Shown: positions 1 to 13,324, numbered from the stretch's first letter. The stretch: DNA of 64,000 nt from Camelus ferus (GCF_009834535.1 NC_045696.1:75828001-75892000); one strand, 5' to 3'. Program-made: numbers and translations. Notes: generated by a model from the sequence alone, not told the origin.

Positions 1-590
1 AACTCAACAATTGCTCTCCTGGACATTTTTCCCCTGAGAAAGGAAAACTTACATTCATGTGAAAACCTGTACATGAAGGCTCGTAACAGCATTATTCATA
101 GTAGCCAAGAGCTGTAAACAATCCAGATGTCCTTCAATGGTGAACACAAACTGTGTCACAGCCACACCACAGAAGATTCCTCAGCAAGAAAAAGGAACAT
201 GTGATGGATACACACGTCAACTGGGATGAATCTCCAGGAAATCCACTGAGTGAAAAACATCAATATCAAAAAGCTACATAGTGTATGATTCAACACTTTT
301 GAAATAAAAAAATCTTAGAAATGGAAAAGAAACTAGTGGTTGCCAGGGGTGAGGGACAGGGAGAGAAGAAAAGGCAAATGTGGCTATAAAAGTACAAGGG
401 AGGAGATCCTTGTGGTGATGGGCTGTTCTATACCCTGACTGTATCAACATAAGATCCTGGTAGTGACACTGGAGTGTGGTTTTACAAGATGTTACTTACC
501 TTTGGGGGACTTTGGGTAAAGGTGGTACCTCTGCATTATTTCTTATAACTGCATGTGAATTCATAATTACCTCAAAAATTAATTTTAAAA
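1..590 (+). mobile_element. Old L1 (L1MC/MB-like) 3' end
   Basis: Typical L1 3' motifs: gcagcattattcatagtagccaa, gtggttgccagggg, ctgcatgtgaatt...acctcaaaa. Confidence 0.85.
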
Positions 591-1034
591 AGAGTTATGG
601 GGATAAAATATTCTTTAAAAAAAAACAAAACAAACTTCTTTGTCCCTACCTAATCAGAACTGCAATTAGATCCATTCTAACAGAAAATATACCCCATTTT
701 CCAAGACTATGAGAGAAATTTTTTCCCAGTCATTTAATGTTCTCCCCTCCTCAGGAAGGTATGCCTAGTCTCCTCTAAATAGCTCATGCTCTGTCAGCTT
801 ATTTTCTCTGCACCTAATGAGAAAGAAAAGGTCATCCCCCTCAGAATGTTATTCCTCCTATAGGAAGTGATGTTTTAAAATGGAAATAATTTAATTATTG
901 ATTTTCAACGGATACTTTAGGAGCTGTATATCCAAGCTGTCTACCTACCTGTTCCAGTGATAGCATTTCATAGTCTTTTAGTTTCTTTGGACTTGGAAAG
1001 TGGAAATAACCCAATCAAGAGCCTGGATACTCAC

Positions 1035-1158
1035 TTTTAGCTGTTCCTCTTTTGCTAAAAGGTGATGAAGCACGTTTCCTTTGTCAGTATTTTTACTTCT
1101 TTCCTGGGACTTGTGTGGTGGGGAATATTTTGGTGCTAATTGTACTGCTGGGTCATTT
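1035..1158 (-). CDS. TNIP3: Internal coding exon (124 nt, phase 2 to phase 0), probably from the N-terminal extension of the long TNIP3 (ABIN-3) isoform; the gene continues off the left edge
   Basis: The acceptor is tattctcctccaacgtag| and the donor is AAA|gtgagtat. The exon is open as x-NDPAVQLAPKYSPPHKSQERSKNTDKGNVLHHLLAKEEQLK. The SPPHxSQER...NVL...EQLK pattern matches my recollection of the TNIP3 long-isoform N-terminus; this was not searched. Confidence 0.72.
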
Positions 1159-3204
1159 CTACGTTGGAGGAGAATACATTGTTGAGCAAGCAAATATACG
1201 CCTTAACTTTCTGACTTTCTTCCAAAATCTATTTTTTCCCACAGTGGGTGAATCAGTTGCCATTTCAAAAAAGAAATGATCACGCCTGGAGCTTCCTCAA
1301 ATTTATGGCTGCATTAGTATTCGGTGAGATACGGTTGCATTGACAGTGCTGTCCCTGGGGTGTGTGACCCTCAGGGTCCAACCGGTTGAGGAACTCATCT
1401 TTACTGTCTCAGCTGCATGAGTTATATCGTGCTTCCTTCTTGGGAAGAGGGTGGCTCAGCCAGTCCCAAGAAGGCAAACGTTAATCTTCTATCACCCCTT
1501 TGGGCCTTAATAAAATTGACTCAACTGATCCTTGAAGCCATGTGTCATTCTCTCAAATACAATCAACGTTTATCAATTAGAAGGAAACTGATTTGGGTTT
1601 ATTATGATAGGGGAAAAAAATGGATGTAAACATGCCATTTATCTGTAAGAGCTTTTTTTCTGGTTGTCAGAGTTCTTTGCCTTCTGCTTTGCTTTCTTGA
1701 AGATAAAACGAAACAACAATCACTGTAAAAATCTTCTGCCCTGTTTTCTTGACTTTATTGATGACAGCTGGCTACAATTGTGCAGAAATGGCCTGAGGTG
1801 CAGCATCTCAACAGGAAGACAGAATCACAATGAGAAGTTGTGATCGAGCATGAAAGAGTTGGTATGGTTAATATATCCCTGTTTTTTAAAGTAAGAAATT
1901 TTTTTTTCCCTTAGACTAAGAGCTAAAAATGGAACCAGTGACTGATTTATTACAATATAGAAGTCTAGCCTAGGATGTGCTCCTTTAATGTCTCTAACAA
2001 AAGCTCAGCCTCTTCTCTGTGGCATCAGCGTGATCTTAAATTAGCACGACCTTCCGCTGGTGGTCTCTAATTCCCAGAGATGGGATTCAGGAAGCAACAG
2101 TGTGTTCCATCTTCAGCACCAGCAGGACGCTGGTTGGGGGCCTGTCTTGAACACAAAATGAAACAATAAATGAGTGTGATCGTGCTTCATAAACTGTCAA
2201 GTGTTATGCAAATAAAAATTGCTTTTGTGATAAGTCAGAACAAAATAAATGCTAAATATAGGTGGGAACAAAATTCTGCATGTTTTCTCTAATAGAAAAT
2301 GACTTCTTTGAAAACGGGGACTTTTGCCGTTATGTTTATCTTTGTAACTTCCCTCTCCTGAAACCACCCCCCTAGTCTTCCGATCCCTGTCCAACTTACT
2401 GTTACACTGTTCAGTATACAAACGACTCTGTCAAACGACGCTGTTTGAATGACTGCTTGAATTCACTGTGGCAAATGTGAGAGGGGAGGTGCTGGCCTGT
2501 TGGCAGTGGCAAGCCCTGTGCCAGTGGTAGCTCTACACGACTGTGAATCCCAACAGAGTCATCGGAGGGCTCTCCCCTGGGGCCCACGTGACAAATGACT
2601 GACCTGGGTAGACGCACCTGGTCAGGGCTAGTATTAGTTTATACAAATAAATCAACTGACTTGGCCTTTGTTCTTTCCTCTCATTTCTTAGGCACTTTTA
2701 AAGTGTAAATAAAAACATCTAAATATATGAAATAGAAGCAGTATGTTTTAAACGAGATTTAACTCAGTTCTACAATCTCTCCTTGCCCTGGAGCTGTGCT
2801 TTGGAGATAAAGCTACAAACAAGATACAGACTTCGCCCTCTAGAAACCTCAAAGAAGTGCGGAGAAGAGAGGAAACACTAGGCTTAACGTATGGTGGGGA
2901 CTGCGCAGGAGAGAGTGCTTAATACTGACTTTGAGGGGGAGGGTTTCCTGGAAAAGGTTACGCAGGGAAGATGGCATTGAAAATGTGGATCAAAGGCTGA
3001 GAGGCAAGGAACCGTCCACGTGACTGCTCACATTCCTCCCCAGTCTGTATGAGAACAGAATGTTCTACCAGATGACTCATACTTCACTGAATTCTAAAAG
3101 AAGCATGTTATAGTAACAAGAGACATTCAAGTATTGCCAGAGAGACCTTAGCAACAAATTTTAGGTCTTTCTTGCTCCTAGATATTTTGAAGGAAAGTTA
3201 ATAC

Positions 3205-3430
3205 ACTGTGGTTAAAAGCAGGGGATTTGGCATCAGACAAGTTTTGGGTTCAAATCTCAGCTCTGCTACTTGGGCAAGTTATTTAAGCTTTATAAACCTC
3301 AGTGTCCTTTTCGTTAATGTGAAGGTTGTAATAGTATTTAACTCATTAGAATTCCGTTGTGATTAAATGACATAATGCATGAAAGGCGCTTAGCCTAATG
3401 CTTTGCTCACAGAAAGCACTTAATAAACAT
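3205..3430 (+). mobile_element. MIR SINE
   Basis: gtggttaaaagc...tgggttcaaatctcagctctgc...ttgggcaagtta...cctcagt core...gcacttaataaa. Confidence 0.85.
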
Positions 3431-6400
3431 AAGCTATGTCATTGCCAGGCATTTCCCCCTCAACAACAGTATGTCTCACCCCTGCCGTCTCCATGGTGCA
3501 GAAAACACAGATTATCTGTGCGAAGGCAACACGCTTAATTTGAAAACGTGGATATGGCTTACGAAAGTTAATGAGAGGAAAATGTGGATTGAATGTGCCC
3601 GACGTCACAGTGGGTGGAATCATGTGTCCCTGAGTGGGGTGTACAGGGCCTCCCTCACTGTCACAGGAAAGCCGGCGCGGTGGCCTCTCCTCCTTCCCAG
3701 CAGCAGCCCAGGGAGGGCTGGTTCATGAGGCCTCCCACGGCACCGGCCATCTGGGATTACTGAGGAAATCTTCAGGCTTGGGAGGGTCACTGTTTAGACG
3801 CGAACAATCTGTACAAACTTGGACTCTCCCCCAGCAACGTGGCTCATTATGCTGCTAGGCTATCAACTATCAACGTTCATTTTGAAATAGAAATTCTGCT
3901 CTCTTGGCTGCCCCACTGATCTGGTTATAATGTGCTGCATGTAATGGAAAAGTACAGAGGGAAAAGATGGGAATTTAAAGACTTACTAAAGCGACAACAG
4001 CGCTGGATGACAACCCTGATTTCTTCATGCAAACGAATTCCTCTTGCCAAATGTCAGTGTTCCAATGTAACCCACTGCCCCAAATTTAAATATCATGTTT
4101 AATTAGGTACATAATGCTCCCGCTGTTATTCATTTGGCTTTTTTTTTTTCCTGTCCAGAAACTTATTCTCATTTGGAGTTTGTCTTGCTTTTACATTTGC
4201 TACTCTAATTTATTTTCCTTTTGTTAATTTATATTCTCCCCATTTTGGCTTTTTGAGGGAGGAGTGGGAGGGACACAAAGAATGTTTTAAAGGATATTAC
4301 ACTAAGACTTCAATGAGCATTGACCAGAAACCATTATACTGATCCATCTCAGGGCATGCACACAGAAAACTCATTGCCAAACACAACACAACACAACACA
4401 ACACAACAAGAACTGCATGCCATCATTGCTCGAGGGCGGCATCAAGGACAGCATAGAGGAGTACCCGTGTTTCCTGTCTCCATACAGGGTCCTCATAGAT
4501 AAGGCTTATGCTTCGCAGCCGCTTCCCAGGAAAGCATCCTGGGGCTCTGCCTGATCCCTTAATTTGAATGGAAGGTACCAACTATTATTTTCAACGGCTC
4601 CAGCTTGCTGAGGACTGTGTTAACCTCGTACTGCTGAGCCTCCCTTCAGAAAACTACCAAGTAAATGTGGGGAATAATATCAGATTTAAATAACACCATG
4701 CAATATTTGTTATTATACAAAACCCTCCATGCATTTAATAGCATTTGCATACGTTAATGGTGCTCTATAGCCTTGCAATGAAGCTTATTTTGTAATAGCG
4801 TCTTCATTCTCAATTTCTTTTCTGGCCATGGGCCCTCCTATAGCCTTAGTGGTTTATACTGACCTTAGCTTGACTTCTCTTTTCTCTCACAAAACTTTAA
4901 ACACCCTCACCTGTAGGTCTCATACTTTAGGGTGAGCCTGTTGCACATTCCAACAAGTCTCTGCCTTAAAGTACTCCCTGTAATGCACTGATACCTAAGT
5001 ATCGATGGATATCCCAGAGCCATCTCACCCCCGTTAGAAAAGATGTGTTACTATTTCCCACAGGCCCCATTGCACCCACCTCCCTAAGCAATTCTCCCTC
5101 TTGAAAGTCAAAGAGTTCCTTGCCTCTGATTTTGGAAAAATGCTAATAACTGTAGGAGAAACTCTATACTTTTTTTGTAGAGCTATTTCCTATATAATAA
5201 TTAGCAAAGTTCTAAATTTATCTATGAATCTGAATTTCACTGCTCTGTTTCCTTTTGAATACTACCCAATTTTGTCTTACTTTTATTTTTAAATTCACCC
5301 AGTAGGTTGCTTTAATTCTAAAAGCCTTCTAAGCAAAACCTATCAACTAAAAATCTAACTTTAACTTCTTTTATCCAGGCACCTTACATATATATTTTTT
5401 GCTTTATTCAGCAGATGTTCGTATCTGTAACTGGTGTGACCCTGGTGTGTTCAGGGAGCTCTCTCATCCCAAGAGTTTGAATAAAGCCGGGTCAGTACAA
5501 TCCACTGGGGTCCATTCGGCACCTCTGATAACTAGGATGCAAGGGCAGCTGAGAGGCCTTGAAAACACTCACTCTAAAGCTCTCAGTCTAGTGGTAAACA
5601 TAGCTGATGCCGCAAAGAGTTACTTGAAAGGTGTAAATCACAATGTCTTAAAAATCCAAAAAGCTAATGTGAGTAATCGTTCTGTGTGAGACCAGATGTG
5701 GACAAGGAAAAACATGTACCTTGGAAAATAAACAGAAACACTGTCTCTCTGCCTAGCCAAAAGAAAACACAACTTGTTTAAAGCTGAGTCAAAATCTCTA
5801 ACAAAGCTGCACCAGAGAAAATGTCAATCTAGTCACTTTCCAGGGACCCCATGTGATTTTTACCAATCACATTATAAGGATTAGGGAAATCGGCTGTAGT
5901 CCCTTGGCTGTGCTGTTGATAATCTTACTTTTAATAACCACCTCTTTATAGAAAATGTAAGCATGCTTTCCTGATGAGGACAGATCCTGGGAACTTGGAT
6001 GATGCAGAATACATTTTTACCTGTTTTGTATTAACAACTCATGATGAGAAAAATCCTTTCTCAGGGCTTATAGTCTCCTTTCTAGATCTATCCTTAAATA
6101 GCCTGTCTGCTTCCTCATGACTCCAGCTTTCTGACTCTGCCCTACACTTCTTCCTGCAGGGTCATCCTACCTTCATTATTTGCTAACACGTTACTTGTAA
6201 AATAGCTTCCAGAAACGCCCCCGTAGAGTCTTGTGAATCAAATTGGATTTAAATGGAGAAGGGACCTTAAAGTTACTTGCATTTCCTCTAGATATATAGA
6301 TAAATAAATACTAAAAAATCATTCTCATTTCCATTTCTGATTGTCTAGTGTTGAAGAAGATCCTGTTCTTCAACAGGAATCGCCAAAGATAGCTCTAGTA

Positions 6401-7349
6401 GCTCAAGTCAGATTTGCGCTACCTGCCCCCAGGAGGCAATTCCAACATGGTTCAATGGCAGATATCCCCGCTGGCCCTGGTTTTCTTACCTGACTGAGCC
6501 TTCCTATTGAACACAAAAGTCTTTTATATAGCATAAATATACAAAAGGTTATTTAATCCTTTCATATAATATGTGCTACCAACTTTTGCTACTTTATTTC
6601 TTTTCCATCTCTAAGTAACAGCCGCTCCTAAATACATTTAGTCTTTCTGAAAGAGACTTTTGTGTAAGGTCGTGATTATTCATCTTCTGTTTCTGAAGGA
6701 AGATGAGAAAGACTATCTGCTATCTTTAAAACTGCACACTGTACTTCTATTAATGTCTTGTCTTCTTTGCGCGTCAACTTTTGAAAGACTTTGAATGCAT
6801 TTTACCAGTTACCTTAATTCTGGTGGAAAAAATACGCAGTGTGCTATGGCTGTGAATTAACTATTTACAGCCCAACATATACAAAGTAGTATATACTACT
6901 AGGTTAAGAATTACTTTAAAATTCTCCTCCAAGCATCGTGACATATCTGATTTTTTAAACTTTCCCCTCCTCCTTTCCCTCACAACTATAAAAATAGTTT
7001 AAATATTATAATAAATATCAGTGATCTTTGCAGTTCTTATTGAGCACAGAGGGAGTAAGTGATGGAAACAGCCCCCCTTCATTAATAAGTACTGCAGTAC
7101 ATTTTCTGCAGCCTCAGCCACTCTCACATGTTCTTTTCCAGAGCAGAGTTATAACATCAAACAGAGAGGATAAAAAGAACATCAGAGTGAGACCAGGAAG
7201 TGTTCTACAAAGGCTGATTCTGTGTCTGTTGCCTGGCCTTTCTGCACATTTAATGTAGACCTCTATACTAGTGGCCAGAAACTCCTATCAATTAGCATGA
7301 TTAAAGGGATAGGAAAAGGCAAGGTACTTTAAAAAATGTTATAGTATAA

Positions 7350-7892
7350 GACCATTTTTCATAAACCGTGGCCCATGGACCACTTGCAGAAGGAAAATCT
7401 TAAGTCAGTGCGGAAAATTCAGATCCTTGAACATCATTTTAGATCTAATGTATCTAATATCTGTGTGAGCAATCTCCTGAATTTTTGGCAGGCTTCCCAG
7501 GTGGGTCGTAAACATACTAATGTTTAGAATTACTCTATGGGTGTGGTCAGTGAATAACATATTTACTGAAGAAGGCTGAGTTTAGCACTCAGTTAGCAGT
7601 ATTACGTAGTTAATGGTGTTAATTGGTATGACTAGGTAAAAACAATATTTGCAAGTAGCATTCATTACGGGTTATTAAAACATGAATAACCATTGGATGA
7701 AGTTAGAGGAAGAAAAGTGATCATGCAAAATGTTTCTCAAACTTTGCTATGCATACAGATCAGCTGGGAATCTGACTGAAGTAAAGATCCTGTTTCAGTA
7801 GTTCTTGGCTATGACTTGAGATTCTACATTTCTAACAAGCTCCCAGGGGACACTGGAGCTGCTGATCTGTGGATCACAGTTTGAGTAGCAAG
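7350..7892. mobile_element. Two MER5A-like hAT MITE remnants (about 7350-7530 and 7730-7892)
   Basis: tttctcaaactt...cagatcagctggg...gagattctacatttctaacaagctcccagg...gtttgagtagca. Confidence 0.7.
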
Positions 7893-8419
7893 GATTAAGA
7901 AGGTTTAAATGTAGGTTTAAAAGAAAGTTCCCAAGAACCTCTGGTGAATAGTTACTTCAAATACTTATTTGAAGTATAAAAACATACTATAAATAGCTAT
8001 TTGAAGTATAAAAAGTGAATTTTACTGAGCAAGCTCCAAAATGTCCAGTGGAGACCCAAAAAGTTATTGTTCAATTTGAGACCCAGGAAATATGAATATC
8101 TTTGGAATTGTTTCCTTAACATACCTGTGTTCTGTTTGACTTCCTACCTGATGTGACCTGGGTTGGGAGAGCTGTAAACGTAAACTGTTTTCCCTTCCAG
8201 AAGGGAAAATGAACCTGTTCTAAGAAGGTCTGTATAAGTTGCAGTATTTTATGGAGATGGACATAAGAGACAGTGTGTGAAATAACCCAGAAAGAATTAT
8301 GATTCCAAGAAAATGGAGGGTAATTAGCCTCAATAAATTGATGAGTTGACCAATATAACCTAAAATAATTACTGGGGAATTAAACTTACTTGAAAAGCAT
8401 TGCATAGAGAATTTAAAAT

Positions 8420-8575
8420 GTAATCCCCAAACAATCCTATGAACAAAGTATACTTTCCTACATTTTACTTTTTATGAAATAAAGCTCAGAGACTCCTAAG
8501 ATCACACAGCTGGTAATGGCAAAACCAGAACTCCTATCTCCCTAACTCTCAAGTCTCTAATCATTCTATTATATC
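8420..8575 (-). mobile_element. MIR SINE fragment
   Basis: acaatcctatga...gctcagaga...aagatcacacagctggtaatggcaaaaccagaactc. Confidence 0.7.
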
Positions 8576-8659
8576 AAACCTCATTCCTCCAAAAGAGAAA
8601 AAAAAAGATACTCAGCATTATCAGAGCTGCCCAGCACTCATGCCATTCTTTTCATAGAG

Positions 8660-8920
8660 CATGGATTCTACATGGGGATTGCTATCACCCCAATGGTAAA
8701 AATCAGTTCCTGGTGGGTGGGGGAGTGAAAAACCTTAGTTATTATAGTAGTCAGATGGCCATGGTATATAAACAGATAAACAGTATATCGGTGGTATTAA
8801 AATATCACAGGGGATGGAGGAGGTAATTAGGAGGAAAAAAGAAAAAAAAACTAAAAAGTCTCCTGGTGGGGTGAAGGGCAGGAAGAGGAGCATGATAATG
8901 AAAAAGACTGAGAAACAGAT
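8660..8920. mobile_element. hAT-Charlie-type MITE remnant
   Basis: ggattctac...aaacagataaacagtatatcggtggtattaaaat...gataatgaaaaagactgagaaaca resembles a MER-class DNA element; subfamily uncertain. Confidence 0.55.
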
Positions 8921-10739
8921 CATAGAGGTTGAAGTCCAACCTCAGAAGCAACACTGCCTTCCTTTGACATTACCGTGGACAACAGTGATGACCCACAGAT
9001 TCTAGCATCTGGGAGTTATCCATCACCAGCCAAGGGAAATGTGACTCACAGGGTGGTAGATGACTCCATATTGAGACAACCATGTTAACCATTTATATGG
9101 CTGACAAGGCTAATGTGGAATTCTGCTGCCTTCAACAAAGGATTTATTTGGGGAAGAAACAAGTAAGAAGGAAGGGAAGCGGGAAGAGAAGAGGAAAAGA
9201 AGGAAGGAAAAAGCTGAGAGCACCATACTTTAATAGGCACTATTTACCCAGTGTAACCAGAATATTGTCTACAGTTGTCATTTAGAGTTCACCGAAGCCA
9301 AGTATCTCCAAACCACACAATAAATCATCTGTTAACTCAGTACTTTACAAGAAAACAAAAAGGATTAGTTAATGGTAGCAACGGATGTCACATGATAGAA
9401 TGAGAATTGCATGCATCTTTTTACACAATTTAGTTAAATATGACCTGGAATGGCTGAGCATGAATGGAAGGAGGGGCAAGGGAGCCCTTGGTGCTGAGGT
9501 GCTTCTGGCAGCAAACTCTTCCTATGTAGAGAGGGACTGGGTCATTTGTGGGTGGCCCGTTCCCAGGGCCGTATCCTGGAAGGGGATCGCTGCGAGTGTA
9601 GGATGTTATCTGTCCCTCAGCCTAGTCTCCCAAACTGGACCCTCAGGGAAAAAAACGATGATCCACAGAGCCTGAGTAAAGGAGTCCTGTCTGGGAACAG
9701 AAACTGTAAGTCAGGTGGAAAGAACTATTTTCTTAAGAAGTTCAGAGTATAGGATAAACTGTTATTTGGACTCACATACAGTAGTAATACACAGAGGTGA
9801 GGAAGAGAAATTCTTCCTAAATGAGCAGAAAATGCAGGCTGTCCTTGCTACATCAAGAGAAGTGGCACACTGGGGGCACAGCAGTGTCTTTTTGGCCGAG
9901 CAGAACAGCTTCCGAACGTCGTGGCGCAGCACTGTTGTGGCAGGCTGCGCCGGAAGATGGTGTGAATGGTAATGGTAGCACTTTCAAAGGGAGTCAGAGG
10001 CAGCAGACATCACCTACTGAAGGCTGTGCCCGCATAGCAGAAGAGGAAAACTGTCTACCCGTTAGGGCTGGGCCTGGGAACCCAATAAATGAGGTGACTT
10101 GTAGGGGCTCTACAAGATGAATGGGGAGACACGGAGTGTAGCAGGAGATCCTGTCAAAAAAGAGCATGGAAATAAGACATTCACACTGTAATTGCAATGT
10201 TACTTTTTTTTCCTCTACTGGTCAGGTTGGTCTGCCCTGGCCACGGGAAAAATGAACTGTATGTAAAAACAAGCTACACATAACACAAAATGTGCTTCAG
10301 GTGTTAACGTCCCATCTGCTCTGTTGGGGTTATGCATTATAAACTGGGGCACATGTCTCTCTGGCTCTTGTCTCCTTCCCCTTCTTTCATCATCCAGCTT
10401 TTCACCATCTTCTCACACCCGTCTGTGTCCCCTGCTGTCTAAGTACTATCTCTTTTGAAATGGACTTGCAAGCTCCTTGTGCAAAAGAGGAAGAAGAAAA
10501 AAAATGTAGAAGCATATCTAATCTTCCCCTTTTCCCACTTCATCTTCCTACTTTTCAAAAAAAAAAAAGGAAACATCTTTTTTCTGGTTTTGCCACTACT
10601 AACCTCTGTTTTGTTGACAGGTATCAGAGAAGAGGAGAAATAAGGTAGAAACCGAGATCAAACAAAGTGCTCTACTTTTCATGTGAAGAGATGAGAGAGA
10701 AAAGAGAGCAAAAAATTAGGAAAAGAAGAAAGAATAAGA

Positions 10740-11940
10740 GACAGACAGAGAGATCATGAGAAAAACTGCATAAACATAAACGTTGTAATTATAAAACTTC
10801 AGGAAGAAAGCATTGGAGAAATTCCTTGATACTATGAGGAGGCAAAATTTTTGTAAAGAGGATACAAAAAGCAATAGCCATAAAAGGAAAAAGCATAAAT
10901 TGAATTTCATCAAAATTAAAACCTTCTGTTTTGAACATTATTAAGAAAATCAAGAACCAAGCAACAGTAAGGGAGAAAATATTTGCAGCACACATTCATG
11001 ATGAAGAACTCATACACAGAATGCATAAGGAAACCTTACCATTCAATGATTAGAAGACAACTTAATTTTTAAAAGGGAAAATTCTGCAGTGGACTATATA
11101 AAAGAAAACGTACAAATGATCAATAAGCACTTGAAAAGATATTCATCATCATGAATCATCAATAAAGTGCAAATAAAAGCTCTCATAGGATACAACCAGA
11201 ATGGCTAAAACAAAATGACCAAAATACCAAGTACTGATGAGAATGCGGAGCAACCAGGACTCTTCTACATCGTGGGAAGTCGTATACAAATGGGCCAAAC
11301 AGTTTGGAGAGCAATCAAGCAGTTTCTTGATAAAGTTAAATATTAATTTACTGTATCACCTAAAGGAAATACAAATATGTGTTCAAAAAGACTTGTGCAT
11401 GAAGGTTCATAGTAGCTTTTCTCAAAACAGCTAAAATCTGGAAACAGTGCAACATCAATAGGAGAATGGATAAACAAACTGTTGTATTTTCATAAAATAG
11501 AATACTACACACCATTAGAAATGGAGAAAAGGGGACTACTGCCACAACAAGGACAACACTCAAAGACATTAAGTTGAGCAAAAGGAAGCAGACATTATAG
11601 AGTTATGGAGCTACATGGCATTCTAGAACAAACCTATATGAACTACTACAACATTTTAAATTACCTAAGTGGTTCTCACTCTGTCTGTATTTGACGGATG
11701 CTCTGGAGGAATAAAACTGAGAAGAATGGCTTCAAAAACTCAGATCAGAGGCTACCCGGGTGGGTATGGGGCTTGACTGCCAAGAAGCATTTGTGAGCTT
11801 TCTGAGGTGGTGAAAATCTTCTACCTCTTAATGGAGGTGGTAGCTGTTCAGGTGTAGGTATTTGTCCGAACTGGTCAAACTGTGTACATAAAATATGCGT
11901 ATTTACTTTATGTAAATTTCAGTGACATTGATATAAATAA
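10740..11940 (+). mobile_element. Old L1 (L1ME/MC-like) ORF2 end and 3' UTR
   Basis: ttcatcaaaattaaaaccttctg, gggagaaaatatttgcagcacac, tggataaacaaactg and other L1 3' motifs. Confidence 0.85.
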
Positions 11941-12424
11941 ACACGATAATTTTAGATAGTGATCAGTGCTATGAAGGAGTTGAAAGAAAGTCACAGGATA
12001 GAGAATGAGATGGACGTTAGATGACCTGGTCATGGTTGGGGAAGGCCTTGATACTATGAATAGTCAAGGGGAGATAGTGAATGACAACAATTAACCAACT
12101 ATGTCAGGATCTGAGAAATGAGGATTCCAGACAGAGTGCACAGGTCCTGAGGCAGGAAGCAAAGCTGCCGTGGTCCAGGCAGAGACTGAAGGCTGGTGGT
12201 GTGGCTGAAGCTCAATGAAAGAGGAAGAGAGTGGTGGAGGGTTACATCAAAGAGGCAGGTCATGAGGCACTTTATGGCATCAATGAGAGGCCATTGGAGG
12301 GCGTTCACTAGAGAAGCAACATAATCTAATTTACTATTTGCAAATATTACTCTTTTGTAAGGATCTTTTTAAATGCCAGGTGAATGTTAGGGGATCAAGA
12401 GAGAACTTGAAAGTGAAGTTACAG

Positions 12425-12947
12425 CTCTTTTCCTCCCTGGCTGCTTGGAGATCAGCTGCCATCATGAATGACACAGTAACTATCCAGACCAGGAAGTTCA
12501 TGCCCATCCGACCACTTCAGCAGAAACAAATGGTCATCGATGTCCTTCACTCTGGGAAGGCAACAGTACCTAAGACAGAAATTCAGGAAAAACTAGCCAA
12601 AATGTACAAGACCACGCCAGAGGCCATCTTTGTATTCAGATTCAGAACTCATTTTGGTGGTGGCATGACAACTGGCTTTGGCATAATCGACAATTCCTTG
12701 GATTAGGCGAAGAAAAATGAATTCAAACACAGGCTTGCAAGTCATGGCCTGTACAAGAAAAAGACCTCAAGGAAACAGAGAAATGAATGGAAGAACAGGA
12801 TGAAGAAAGTCAGGGGGACTGTGAAGGCCAATGTTGGTGCTGGCAAAAAGAAGGAGTAAAGATTCTGTAGTGACTGTATCTGTGGTGATTGTGCAGATTT
12901 TCCATGACAGGATTAATAAACTAAAAACTTAAAAAAACCCAAAAAAA
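12425..12947 (+). pseudogene. RPS24: Processed pseudogene of 40S ribosomal protein S24 (eS24)
   Basis: It begins with a 5' TOP-like ctcttttcc at 12425. ATG 12464 reads [13 protein letters not shown]...GIIDNSLD, then a premature TAG at 12704-12706, then [16 protein letters not shown]...[10 protein letters not shown] to TAA 12857-12859. It is intronless, has AATAAA at 12915-12920 and an A-rich tail, and has a degenerate TSD (aaagtgaagttac / aaagcagagttac). Confidence 0.97.
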
Positions 12948-13324
12948 GCAGAGTTACGAAAGCACGGACACTGTGGCTTGGTCTAGTTGTGGCTACAGGG
13001 GAGATGGTGAATTAAATAAGGGAGGGTCTGTATTAAGACCTTCAGATGATTAATTAGAATTGGGGATGAAAGAAAGAAGGCAGATAAGACCAACAAATTT
13101 AGTTCTTGATCTGATGTGAGATAGTGCCATTTGTAGAAATAATGACAATTTGGAGAAGACAGGCTGGGGGGAATGTAAGGTAAGTAAGCCCTTGGGCATA
13201 CAGATTGAAATCTCAGAGAAGTCAAGGTTGGAGATATAAACGTGGCTGTCATCACCACACAGGTGGCATTTGAAACTGTGGGATTCAGAGGATCTCCTCC
13301 ATAGAGAAAAGCAAAGAGGGCTAA

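Noticed and set aside
1159..1263. Short minus-strand ORF MATDSPTVGKNRFWKKVRKLRRIF... as a first exon
   Set aside because: It ends at the TAG that is the splice acceptor, in a different frame from the exon. It is best explained as intron.
12338..12706. 122-aa ORF as a functional RPS24 or a novel fusion protein
   Set aside because: It starts at a TTG in L2-derived flank and ends at a premature stop. The retrocopy hallmarks indicate a pseudogene.
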